DNA of 53,708 bases. Origin: Candidatus Microgenomates bacterium. Lineage in GTDB: Bacteria; Patescibacteriota; Microgenomatia; UBA1400; UBA12108. The notes beneath the pieces are model-generated. The model did not search any database, was not told the origin of the DNA, and was given only the letters and a program-made list of their open reading frames with translations. The stretch lies in assembly GCA_003576945.1 (NCBI GenBank), contig QEVC01000004.1:1-53708 (forward strand), given 5' to 3'. Positions 39,055-47,536 of this stretch are shown here, one piece after another; the stretch's first letter is position 1; each line of letters starts with the position of its first letter. The position numbers and the translations under genes are program-made.

Positions 39055-39168
39055 ACTTTAGTTAATGAAAGTCGCCGTAGGCGACACCTCATCCCCCTCT
39101 AAAAATAATATACCTTTACATGTAATGTAAAAGCGCGCGCGAACATATAAATAGTACAAATAGATATC

Positions 39169-39207
39169 GTACAACTAGTGTGTATGCGAATAATGTTCGC
39201 ATACACA
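39169..39207 (-). other. attI-like recombination site
   Basis: Core GTTGTAC on - strand, next to a perfect 12-bp hairpin TGTGTATGCGAA-taatg-TTCGCATACACA, 21 bp upstream of the integrase start. Confidence 0.65.
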
Positions 39208-39228
39208 GACATTTGGTAGAATATTAGC

Positions 39229-40035
39229 ATGTGGAAAGAACGATTACAACTATATATGCAGGCTCGTGCATACAGCAGACGAACCATATCTGCGTATATT
39301 GATTCTGTCGATCGGATAGTCAAGAAAACGAGAAAAGATCCAGCTAATATAGATGAGCAAACGCTAGAAAAATACCTGAGCCAACTATACAGCTCTGGCA
39401 TGTCGCCCTATACCCTCAACCAGCACCACATGGCGTTAAAATTACTTAAGACTGCGGTACTTGGTCAGTCGTGGGACCCTAAGTTTGGCTATGCCAAAAG
39501 ACCAAAGAAAATCCCCGTTACACTAACTAAGAATGAGATCTCAAAATTAATAGATTCGACTGCTAATCCAAAACATCAGTTAATACTGGCTCTCGCATAT
39601 GGCGCAGGCCTACGGGTCAGCGAAATAATCGCCCTTAAAGTAATGGATATCGATTTTGAGAACATGCGGGTTGTAGTACGGAGTGGCAAAGGACAAAAAG
39701 ATCGAACGACAGTCCTCCCTGATAAGTTAGTCACCACTCTCAATTCGTATCTCGCAGGACGCAAAAAAGACGACCATGTCTTTTTGAGTGAGCGAGGTGG
39801 GACACTAACTACCAGGACGCTACAAGCGATATTTGCTAAATCGCTAAATCGTGCCGCGATTAATAAGGCCGCCACCTTTCACAGTCTCAGACACAGTTTT
39901 GCCACTCACCTCCTTGAGCAGGGTGTAGATATTAGGTATATCCAGACACTGCTCGGCCATGCTAGTATTACGACAACTCAGATTTATACTCATGTTGCGA
40001 GTACTGCACTACATAATATCAGGAGCCCATTATGA
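39229..40035 (+). CDS. IntI-like tyrosine recombinase (268 aa) lacking the integron-specific insert
   Basis: YGAGLRVSE (R), GKGQKDR (K), HSLRHSFATHLLE (HxxR), LLGH, TTQIYTHV (Y); C-terminal RSPL as in IntI. Confidence 0.9.
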   Translation: MWKERLQLYMQARAYSRRTISAYIDSVDRIVKKTRKDPANIDEQTLEKYLSQLYSSGMSPYTLNQHHMALKLLKTAVLGQSWDPKFGYAKRPKKIPVTLTKNEISKLIDSTANPKHQLILALAYGAGLRVSEIIALKVMDIDFENMRVVVRSGKGQKDRTTVLPDKLVTTLNSYLAGRKKDDHVFLSERGGTLTTRTLQAIFAKSLNRAAINKAATFHSLRHSFATHLLEQGVDIRYIQTLLGHASITTTQIYTHVASTALHNIRSPL

Positions 40036-40715
40036 GGATCGACATTATTACCCTTTTTCCAGAATTTTTTGATGGCCTAAAAAAACACAGCATTGTGGGT
40101 CGCGCGATTGATAATGAGAAAGTTGAGCTACACACACACAACTTACGTGAGTGGGCGGTAGATAGCTATGGAACAGTAGATGATCACCCCTATGGTGGTG
40201 GGCCAGGAATGGTTTTGAAAGTAGATGTCATGCATGCGGCAATAAAAGCAGTAAAAGAGAAAGTTAAAGATTTTGATGGGAAAGTCATCCTGCTTACACC
40301 ACAAGGCAAAGTCTATAAACAAAAAAAGGCACTAGAGCTGGCGAAAGAAAAAAATATAATCTTGATTTGTGGACACTACGAAGGATTTGACGAGCGGATC
40401 AGAGAGTACGTGGACTTAGAAATATCGGTTGGAGATTATGTACTGACAGGTGGGGAAATCCCTGCGATGATCCTAGTTGATTCAGTATCGAGATTATTAC
40501 CAGGAGTACTTGGAGATGATGCTAGTAGCCATGATGAATCACATAGTGAAGGACTATTAGAATACCCACAATATACGAGGCCAGCCAAATATGATAATAA
40601 GGGAGTGCCAGAAATACTATTATCTGGCGATCATCCAAAAATTGATGCCTGGAGAAAAGAGCAAGCGATAATTAAAACTCAAAAAAGAAGGCCAGACTTA
40701 CTTAAAACGAAGTGA
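40032..40715 (+). CDS. trmD: tRNA (guanine37-N1)-methyltransferase
   Basis: VDDHPYGGGPGMVL, CGHYEGFDER, GDYVLTGGE and LLEYPQYTRP motifs. Confidence 0.97.
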   Translation: MRIDIITLFPEFFDGLKKHSIVGRAIDNEKVELHTHNLREWAVDSYGTVDDHPYGGGPGMVLKVDVMHAAIKAVKEKVKDFDGKVILLTPQGKVYKQKKALELAKEKNIILICGHYEGFDERIREYVDLEISVGDYVLTGGEIPAMILVDSVSRLLPGVLGDDASSHDESHSEGLLEYPQYTRPAKYDNKGVPEILLSGDHPKIDAWRKEQAIIKTQKRRPDLLKTK

Positions 40716-41312
40716 GTTTAACATCGAATTTACAACTACCTGATACTCTAACTTTGCTTGATCACTACCGAAAGCCATGATAATTAGGCGATATAGGGTA
40801 TCGGCCAGCATAAGGTAGTGATAGTCACCTTCGCCTAAGCAACCGCCGTAAAACGTAATAGTTTCATAGTCGCCAACTTTACCTGATTTGATAGGTGTTG
40901 CATTTTCTTCACTACAGGCATCGATAATCCCCTTGCGATCTACCTCCGCTTGCAACTTGTCCGGATCATCACCCACCGTCTCGAAACGAGTTATTGCAAG
41001 AACGTATCCATCCCAGAGTTCTGTTTGAGTACGCCCAGACTTCTTTTGTTCTTCGCCCATGTAGCTAATTACCCATTCTCGCGAATCGGGAGCACGTGAG
41101 GCACTAGTGGTCGCGCTAGAGCTATGTGATATGGTGAAATATTCATTATTAATGGTTTCAGACAATGAAACCTTGGGGCTTGGACTTGGTGTACTAACCA
41201 TACTGGTTGGGGATACTACTGGAGCAACTGTAGTTGAGCCACCATAACTAAAACGCAGATAGATTAAAATAATTGCAACTAAAGACAAGACTATGTAGAG
41301 CGCGGTCTTCAT
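40698..41312 (-). CDS. Hypothetical exported or membrane-anchored protein
   Basis: N-terminal TM, S/T/P-rich linker and a small domain with two Cys. Confidence 0.65.
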   Translation of the reverse strand: MKTALYIVLSLVAIILIYLRFSYGGSTTVAPVVSPTSMVSTPSPSPKVSLSETINNEYFTISHSSSATTSASRAPDSREWVISYMGEEQKKSGRTQTELWDGYVLAITRFETVGDDPDKLQAEVDRKGIIDACSEENATPIKSGKVGDYETITFYGGCLGEGDYHYLMLADTLYRLIIMAFGSDQAKLEYQVVVNSMLNSLRFK

Positions 41313-42193
41313 GATATTTGCTGCTTTTTAATTTCGAATAAACCCGCCTCTAAGGATGCAAAGCTTAGTCCAAGCTCACTGGTTGCCTTAACGTTACTCA
41401 TCGCCACATATCTTGCAAATGGTCTAGTTGCAGTCTTTAGATACTCAGTGAGTGAGCCTTCTTTAACGACCGAAGGATCAAAGCCATAGATTGTTGCCAC
41501 TTTTTTAGCTAAATCGTAAGGCGAAAGACTAGTGGAACCCACGACATGATAAATGCCCGTTAGCTGACGGTCTACTAATACTGCAAATGCTCGTGCGATA
41601 TCATCTATGAGAGTGGGTGTAATTATGGTGTCGGTAAACTGCGGATATAGTTTGCCAGACTCAAGGCCAGCACGAATTTTGCCGATAATATCTGGTTTTA
41701 AGTTGTAGTTGGCACGGTATGGATAACTTATTCTTACTATTGAGTAATTTAGTTTTGAGTTAGTAACCACATCTTCAGCCATCGCTTTAGTTTCACCATA
41801 CCACTCTATTGGACTCTTTAAGTCTTCTTCGGTATAGGGGTTTGATTTGTTGCCATCAAAGACGAAATCGGTGGAGACATGAATTAAATAGAGCGAGTGC
41901 TTTTGACAAGCCTCTACAATGTTTTTAGTACCTAAAACATTGACCCGGTAACAGATCCCCTCTTTATCCCCTGCTTCACTCTCGGCACGTGCTGTATCGG
42001 TAAAGGCGGCCAAGTGGATGAGTGCAGTTGCGGAGTGAGCGCTAATAAATGCCTCGACTTGCTCGGCATTAGTTATATCGACACCGGTTGCGAGGTCAAG
42101 GTTATATATCTCAAACTGGTCACGATAGAGCTCGACAAAACGAGAGCCAACGAGTCCGGTTGCTCCCGTTAGAATGAGACTTAGTTTTTGCAT
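41309..42193 (-). CDS. rmlD: dTDP-4-dehydrorhamnose reductase-like
   Basis: GATGLVG, HLAAFT, STDFVFDG and YGETK motifs. Confidence 0.85.
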   Translation of the reverse strand: MQKLSLILTGATGLVGSRFVELYRDQFEIYNLDLATGVDITNAEQVEAFISAHSATALIHLAAFTDTARAESEAGDKEGICYRVNVLGTKNIVEACQKHSLYLIHVSTDFVFDGNKSNPYTEEDLKSPIEWYGETKAMAEDVVTNSKLNYSIVRISYPYRANYNLKPDIIGKIRAGLESGKLYPQFTDTIITPTLIDDIARAFAVLVDRQLTGIYHVVGSTSLSPYDLAKKVATIYGFDPSVVKEGSLTEYLKTATRPFARYVAMSNVKATSELGLSFASLEAGLFEIKKQQIS

Positions 42194-42582
42194 AGCTGTT
42201 TAAACTCCAGGTAGTCTTCGACGTAGTCGGCGCGGGTGGGATCATAGTTGGTGCTAGTTAGCGCGAGGATAATACAGTCGCTACTTAAATCTTTAAACCC
42301 ATGCCAAACCATATGTGGAACATAGATCGCATTTTTGGGACCACTTAAGAGGATCTCCTGCATACCACTACCATCATCGACACAGATCGTGCTAGATCCC
42401 TGGATCTGGACAAAGAGTTCATCTTCTTCGGCTCTATGGGCATGGTTGCCGGTGTCACCTGTGGGGTTAGAGATAAAGTAAACTCGCTTGACCTCAAAAT
42501 CTAAGTAATCTTTGAGCTCCAAGGGGGTCATGAGAAAGTTGGCCGCCTGGATGTTGTTGAGGGTAAAGAGTTTGTAGCTCAT
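42181..42582 (-). CDS. FdtA/QdtA (WxcM)-like cupin, sugar 3,4-ketoisomerase family
   Basis: FEVKRVYFI, GNHAH, VWH and YDPTRADYVEDY motifs. Start moved to ATG 42582. Confidence 0.75.
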   Translation of the reverse strand: MSYKLFTLNNIQAANFLMTPLELKDYLDFEVKRVYFISNPTGDTGNHAHRAEEDELFVQIQGSSTICVDDGSGMQEILLSGPKNAIYVPHMVWHGFKDLSSDCIILALTSTNYDPTRADYVEDYLEFKQLCKN

Positions 42583-42583
42583 C

Positions 42584-43597
42584 TTATTTAATATGTTGAT
42601 TAATTTCACTCATCCTAGCACGAATCTTTTCGACCCACTCGGTGTTATCTAGGTACCACTGAACTGTTTCTTTGAGTCCAGTCTCAAACATATCTCTCGT
42701 ATATTTAGGCTTCCAGCCGAGCTTCATGATTTTACTCGCGTCGATAGCATAGCGGCGGTCATGACCAGGGCGGTCCGCGACATAAGTCATGAGAGACTCG
42801 GGTTTGCCGAGGATGCCGAGCACCATTTTGGTGATCTCTAGATTATTTCGCTCGTTGTCGACCCCAATGTTGTAGACCTCACCATCGACTCCCTGGTGTA
42901 GTAGCAGGTCGAGAGCACTACTATGGTCTAGTGCATGGATCCAGTCGCGGACATTTAAACCGTCACCATACACAGGTACTGGCTCGTCTTTCATCGCTTT
43001 AAAAATAAAGAAGGGGATCAATTTTTCGGGGAACTGGTAGGGGCCGTAGTTATTACTACAGTGAGTAACTATTACTGGAGTTTTGTGGGTAACATAATAA
43101 GCATGACACATGAGGTCTCCCCCGGCCTTCGCTGCGGCATAGGGCATGTTGGGCATAATGGGAGTATCTTCGGTAAAGAAAGTGTTCTCCCCGAGCTTGA
43201 GGGCGCCATAAACTTCGTCGGTGCTGACGTTGATCATCCGTTCTATCTTGTTGGCACGTACAGCGTCGAGGAGCATCTGCACACCGAGACTATTAGTTAA
43301 GACAAAGTCTTTAATACCACCGTGGATTGAGCGGTCGACGTGGGTTTCCGCAGCAAAATTGATTAAGTGTGTGACCTGATGTTTCTGCATCACCTCATTG
43401 ATACGTACTAGATCAGTAATATCCCCTTGTTCAAAATGATAGTGTGGATTGTTTTCAATATCCTTTAAGTTATCGAGGTTGCCTGCGTAGGTTAGCTTGT
43501 CGTAGTTGATGATCTCGTAGTCCGGATGAGACTCCAACATGTAATGGATAAAATTGCTCCCGATAAAACCTGCACCACCTGCGACCATGAGCTTCAT
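42584..43597 (-). CDS. rmlB: dTDP-glucose 4,6-dehydratase
   Basis: GGAGFIGSNF, DKLTYAGN, AAETHVDRSI, STDEVYG and DRPGHDRRYA motifs. Confidence 0.95.
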   Translation of the reverse strand: MKLMVAGGAGFIGSNFIHYMLESHPDYEIINYDKLTYAGNLDNLKDIENNPHYHFEQGDITDLVRINEVMQKHQVTHLINFAAETHVDRSIHGGIKDFVLTNSLGVQMLLDAVRANKIERMINVSTDEVYGALKLGENTFFTEDTPIMPNMPYAAAKAGGDLMCHAYYVTHKTPVIVTHCSNNYGPYQFPEKLIPFFIFKAMKDEPVPVYGDGLNVRDWIHALDHSSALDLLLHQGVDGEVYNIGVDNERNNLEITKMVLGILGKPESLMTYVADRPGHDRRYAIDASKIMKLGWKPKYTRDMFETGLKETVQWYLDNTEWVEKIRARMSEINQHIK

Positions 43598-43601
43598 AAA
43601 A

Positions 43602-44303
43602 CTATCTCCTTATTACTTTTTTACCGAGTATTTTCTCTATTATACGACGAAGGCCGTATGAGATACCGATAATAACAAGAATTGCCCCTACTGTCACGAA
43701 CAGAACCTGGTTTAGAGCCATGAGCAAATCGGTGGCACCAAATATAAACGAAGTAGGAATGGTAAATGGCAAAACGTAGTAAAAGACAGTTAGGATAACC
43801 ATGAGGATCGCGACAAAGGGCCAGGCCCGTCGATCTTCTTTGGAGAGTAGCATGCTACTACCAACAACAATGATCCCATAGAGAATTAGAGCATACTGCC
43901 ACAATAACCAGCCGCCGCTCAGCAGTAAATTACCGAGAATCCAGAGGATGAATAGGCCAGTAAAAAAGGGCGCGGCACCGATCAGGAAGCTCCGGATTGG
44001 ACCAGTTTTTGCGGTCTGGACACTACCTAGGCGCTCTCGATTATCCTCCGGATCAACCTCAAAATCTGGGAGGATGCTAATCTCGCCTGTTCTTACCCCT
44101 AAGAGTTCGGCCACGATCCAGTGAGAGAGCTCATGCAATATTGTGCCTGGCAAAAAGATGAGGGTGTATAGCCACTTACCGATCAGATTAGTCCGAAAGA
44201 CTAAGAGTGAGAGAGCGACAAACTCAAAGTGTAGTCTAGCGCGCAGGACGCTAAGCGTGATGATCGCGAGTATTATGAGGAGAGTCGCTCCCAAGAGGCC
44301 CAT
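43602..44303 (-). CDS. Membrane zinc metalloprotease-like protein (M50-like)
   Basis: PGTILHELSH (HExxH), IGAAP and LSKED motifs; multi-TM. Confidence 0.7.
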   Translation of the reverse strand: MGLLGATLLIILAIITLSVLRARLHFEFVALSLLVFRTNLIGKWLYTLIFLPGTILHELSHWIVAELLGVRTGEISILPDFEVDPEDNRERLGSVQTAKTGPIRSFLIGAAPFFTGLFILWILGNLLLSGGWLLWQYALILYGIIVVGSSMLLSKEDRRAWPFVAILMVILTVFYYVLPFTIPTSFIFGATDLLMALNQVLFVTVGAILVIIGISYGLRRIIEKILGKKVIRR

Positions 44304-44309
44304 TGGCTC

Positions 44310-45023
44310 TTAAAGTCCAAAGTTTTTAAGTTTGGCCTCGGCTTTAACCATCTCAAACCAGTCGCGGAAGGCTTCGACCAATTTGGCTTGGACTAGCTCG
44401 TCCCTGACCTGGTCTTTGACGTCATCAAATTTTTTGTCTTTGTATGTTGTTGCAGATGCCTCGTCGAAAGCTTTTTTGACTTCTTCGTCGGTTGGATTAA
44501 CTTTATCTTTGAGGATTTCCTCAACAGAGAGTTGAGTCTTAACCTGCTTGACTAGCTCGTCTCTGGTCATCCCACGCTGTTCAAGCGCAGCGTCGAGCCC
44601 CCCGAGTGACTCAAACTGAGACTCTAGACTCTTGATCTGATCATCAACCTTAGATTGATCGACCTTGACACCAGACTTTGCGATCGCACTATCTAAGATC
44701 TTCTCGTTAACCACGTCATCTAGTGTCTGGGCGCCATAACCCTTTTCCATTCTGTTCCAAATCTCAAAGCGAGTGATTGGAGTAGTGTCAACGATCGCTG
44801 GAACAAAGTAAGGACCAGCCTTATAAATTAATAGGGCGATACCAATTACAATTAGCGAGAGTGGGAGAATGCGAGAAGAAAGCTTTGATGTTTTTGGGGG
44901 TTGAACCATGACAGGAGTATCCATGGCTGGTGCACTATTGACCATAACTAGCTCTGGTTTTACAGTTTTGACTGCCTTCTTAACTGTTTTCTTGGTTGTT
45001 TTTGCTGCTACTTTTTTAGCCAT
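44310..45023 (-). CDS. SurA N-terminal/PrsA-like membrane-anchored chaperone
   Basis: K/A-rich tail, TM, then AIVDTTPITRFE...LDDVVNEKIL. Start moved to ATG 45023, with SD AAGGAG. Confidence 0.7.
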   Translation of the reverse strand: MAKKVAAKTTKKTVKKAVKTVKPELVMVNSAPAMDTPVMVQPPKTSKLSSRILPLSLIVIGIALLIYKAGPYFVPAIVDTTPITRFEIWNRMEKGYGAQTLDDVVNEKILDSAIAKSGVKVDQSKVDDQIKSLESQFESLGGLDAALEQRGMTRDELVKQVKTQLSVEEILKDKVNPTDEEVKKAFDEASATTYKDKKFDDVKDQVRDELVQAKLVEAFRDWFEMVKAEAKLKNFGL

Positions 45024-45114
45024 AAAAGATCTCCTTAAATATATGTAACTTACGTACGAATCAGTATACCATCCTGGAGTACTGTGTCTAGTGTTCTTAA
45101 AATTAACAGATCCA

Positions 45115-45732
45115 CTATTTTGTGTCGAGCGAATGCCACAGCGCAATCGAACCATAGGACTCGTATGGCGACCAACGAGAGACTACCATTTTAATTTTAT
45201 CTGGACTAGGTGAGCTAATGCCGTAGAGTTTTGCAAAGCCATTTTTGAGACCGAGATCGCCATAACTAAAGATGTTCTCTCTGTGGAGCGTAAAGAGTAA
45301 AAACATCTCGGCAGTCCAGCGGCCGATCCCTTTGACTTTGACTAGTTCGGTGATTACTGCCTCGTTATCCAGAGATTCTAGGTGAGACAAACTAACTTCT
45401 TGACTCTCAACTTTGGTTGCCAAATCTTTGACATAACTTACTTTGGCCCACGAAAGTCCCGCATCTCTTAGTTTTTGGTCGTCGACTGCTAAAACATTGA
45501 CTGGAGTTACGTTAGTCACAAGTTTTTCAAAGCGACCAAAGATGGTGCTTGCCACCTTGCCTGCGAGCTGTTGGTAGATAATGTTACGTGTGAGGTTGTA
45601 AAAGTGGTCACTGCTAGGGCGATCCTCAAACCAATCTACCCAGTTAATCTGGGGTAAGACCTGAGCGATCTTTGGGTCCACTCGCTCGTAGTGGCTAATG
45701 ACTGTACTGAAACTAGTGAGGTCAGCAATCAT
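45115..45732 (-). CDS. alkA: DNA-3-methyladenine glycosylase II (HhH-GPD)
   Basis: IIYQQL, VKGIGRWTAEMFLLF, GDLG and WSPY motifs. Confidence 0.9.
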   Translation of the reverse strand: MIADLTSFSTVISHYERVDPKIAQVLPQINWVDWFEDRPSSDHFYNLTRNIIYQQLAGKVASTIFGRFEKLVTNVTPVNVLAVDDQKLRDAGLSWAKVSYVKDLATKVESQEVSLSHLESLDNEAVITELVKVKGIGRWTAEMFLLFTLHRENIFSYGDLGLKNGFAKLYGISSPSPDKIKMVVSRWSPYESYGSIALWHSLDTK

Positions 45733-46328
45733 AGCGTGTCGAGTGAATAAGTATTACCATCTTTAGTGAGGACAAAAATGGAACCGTTACCGACCATCCG
45801 AAAACCCTCCATACTCTCTTTGAGCCCATAAAATTCGAGGATCCGGTTAATAGTGCCGCAGTGAGTGACGATGCCAACGGATTGATCAGGGTGAATATTT
45901 GGCAAATTAGATAAAAAGCCATTTACTCTCTTTAACATCTCCCCTATCGACTCACCCTGGTGGGCGCTCCAGTCTAAAATATGGTTATCACGAGCGTACT
46001 CAAACTCTATCCAGAGTTTGTCTTTTTCTTCATCACGCTCTTTCTCCCATGCCCAACCGGCAAAGATGCCCATATCAGTCTCACGGAGAGCTGGAGCATG
46101 CCTAATCTCGATATTCAATGTTTCGGAGACATACGTCGCTGTCTCTTTTGCGCGCACGAGGTCTGAGCTGTAGAGTGCATGGAGCTCGTGACCTACGAGT
46201 TTTTTGGCAGCTTCTTTGGCTTGTTTGTGACCAGTCTCGTTTAGCGGGATGTCGAGCCATCCCTGCATACGACGTTTTAGGTTATAGTCCGTCTCGCCGT
46301 GTCTAATTAGGTATATTTTTTTCGGCAT
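45729..46328 (-). CDS. Histidine phosphatase (PGM family)
   Basis: RHGET, SSDLVRA, LRE and VTH motifs. Confidence 0.9.
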   Translation of the reverse strand: MPKKIYLIRHGETDYNLKRRMQGWLDIPLNETGHKQAKEAAKKLVGHELHALYSSDLVRAKETATYVSETLNIEIRHAPALRETDMGIFAGWAWEKERDEEKDKLWIEFEYARDNHILDWSAHQGESIGEMLKRVNGFLSNLPNIHPDQSVGIVTHCGTINRILEFYGLKESMEGFRMVGNGSIFVLTKDGNTYSLDTL

Positions 46329-46329
46329 A

Positions 46330-47496
46330 TCAGCCTTCCATAAAATATTTTTTATTTTTTATTTTATCTGGGAGAAATGATTCTTGATCGCGCATATCAT
46401 AGCCCTTTCCGTAACCTAGATTTTTCATAAGTTTGGTTGGCGCATTCCTTACCTTGAGTGGAATTGGGAGATTGCCGTATTTTTTGACATCATCTAGTGC
46501 AGCGAAAAAGCCATCATTAACTGCTCGACTCTTCTTGCAACTTGCGAGATAGACGACTCCTTCGGCGAGGTTTAGTTGACACTCGGGATAGCCTATTGTT
46601 TCACAAGCTCTAAAAACAGCATTGGCCACAACCAGCGCGGTCGGAACAGCAATCCCAATATCCTCGGAGGCAAAGATGACCATACGCCGAGCAATAAAGA
46701 GCGGATCCTCCCCAGCTGCGACCATCCGGGCGAGGTAGTAGAGGGCGCTGTCGACCTGACTCGCGCGCATACTCTTAATAAAGGCGCTGATTGTGTCGTA
46801 GTGTTCTTCGCCAGCCTGGTCATAGCGCAGGTAAGGTGATTGTAGTGTGCTCAGGATATGATCCTTGGTTAGCTTACTCCCATATAGACTATGGGCAGAT
46901 TCTAGTACGTTAATCGCTTTACGGCCGTCGCCACTGGCATAGGTCGATAAGAATTCGAGGGCAGCTTTGTCGAGCTTTACTTTCAGTTCTTTGGCAGCTT
47001 GGGTTAGGAGATAAGAGAGCTCAGACACATCTAATGGTTTTAGCACGTAGACATGACAACGAGAGAGGAGTGGGCCAATGACCTCGAAACTAGGATTTTC
47101 GGTGGTGGCACCGATTAGGATCAAGGTACCATCCTCGACATAAGGGAGGAGAAAATCTTGCTGGGATTTGTTAAAACGATGAATTTCGTCGAGGAATAAG
47201 ACGGTTTTAGCGTTATTCCGTGAATCCGTAGATCCGTGAACCCGTTCTACGATGGCTCTAATATCTTCTTTTTTGGCAGAGACGGCTGAGAGGATATGAA
47301 AGTCGGCGCCCACGCTTCTAGCGAGGATCTTGGCTAGCGTAGTCTTGCCACAGCCGGGTGGACCCCAGAAGATTAAAGAGTGAAGGTCGCCTGTTTCGAT
47401 GACTTTTTTAAGTGGAGCGTTGTCCCCGACTAAATGAGCTTGACCAATATACGAATCGAGAGTGGTTGGTCGGATGAGATCAGCAAGCGGTTGCAT
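46330..47496 (-). CDS. rarA: Replication-associated recombination protein A (MgsA)
   Basis: GPPGCGKTT, DEIHRFNKSQQD, ATTENPSF, SAFIKSMR and ASEDIG motifs. Confidence 0.95.
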   Translation of the reverse strand: MQPLADLIRPTTLDSYIGQAHLVGDNAPLKKVIETGDLHSLIFWGPPGCGKTTLAKILARSVGADFHILSAVSAKKEDIRAIVERVHGSTDSRNNAKTVLFLDEIHRFNKSQQDFLLPYVEDGTLILIGATTENPSFEVIGPLLSRCHVYVLKPLDVSELSYLLTQAAKELKVKLDKAALEFLSTYASGDGRKAINVLESAHSLYGSKLTKDHILSTLQSPYLRYDQAGEEHYDTISAFIKSMRASQVDSALYYLARMVAAGEDPLFIARRMVIFASEDIGIAVPTALVVANAVFRACETIGYPECQLNLAEGVVYLASCKKSRAVNDGFFAALDDVKKYGNLPIPLKVRNAPTKLMKNLGYGKGYDMRDQESFLPDKIKNKKYFMEG

Positions 47497-47536
47497 GAAC
47501 TAATCTTCGCCCTTTTTTCGGAAAAAATCAAGAAGA

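Larger units (their letters stand above)
38244..39124 (+). mobile_element. Cargo element copy 2 (871-bp period), bounded by TTTACATGTA
   Basis: Tandem with copy 1; same end blocks. Confidence 0.7.
34309..40035. mobile_element. Integron-like locus: integrase, attI-like site and 4 cassettes (about 36905-39174, 35974-36904, 35517-35973, 34315-35516; array reads on - strand)
   Basis: Integrase is divergent from the array. Recurrent AAC...GTT-bounded palindromes are present. The start core of cassettes 1 and 2 is exactly complementary to their own attC inverse core (GTTGTAC/GTACAAC; GTTAGAT/ATCTAAC). Confidence 0.8.

Noticed and set aside
44960-45023. K/A/T-rich histone-H1-like N-terminus of the SurA-like protein
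   Set aside because: Short low-complexity tail with no further support for a separate function.
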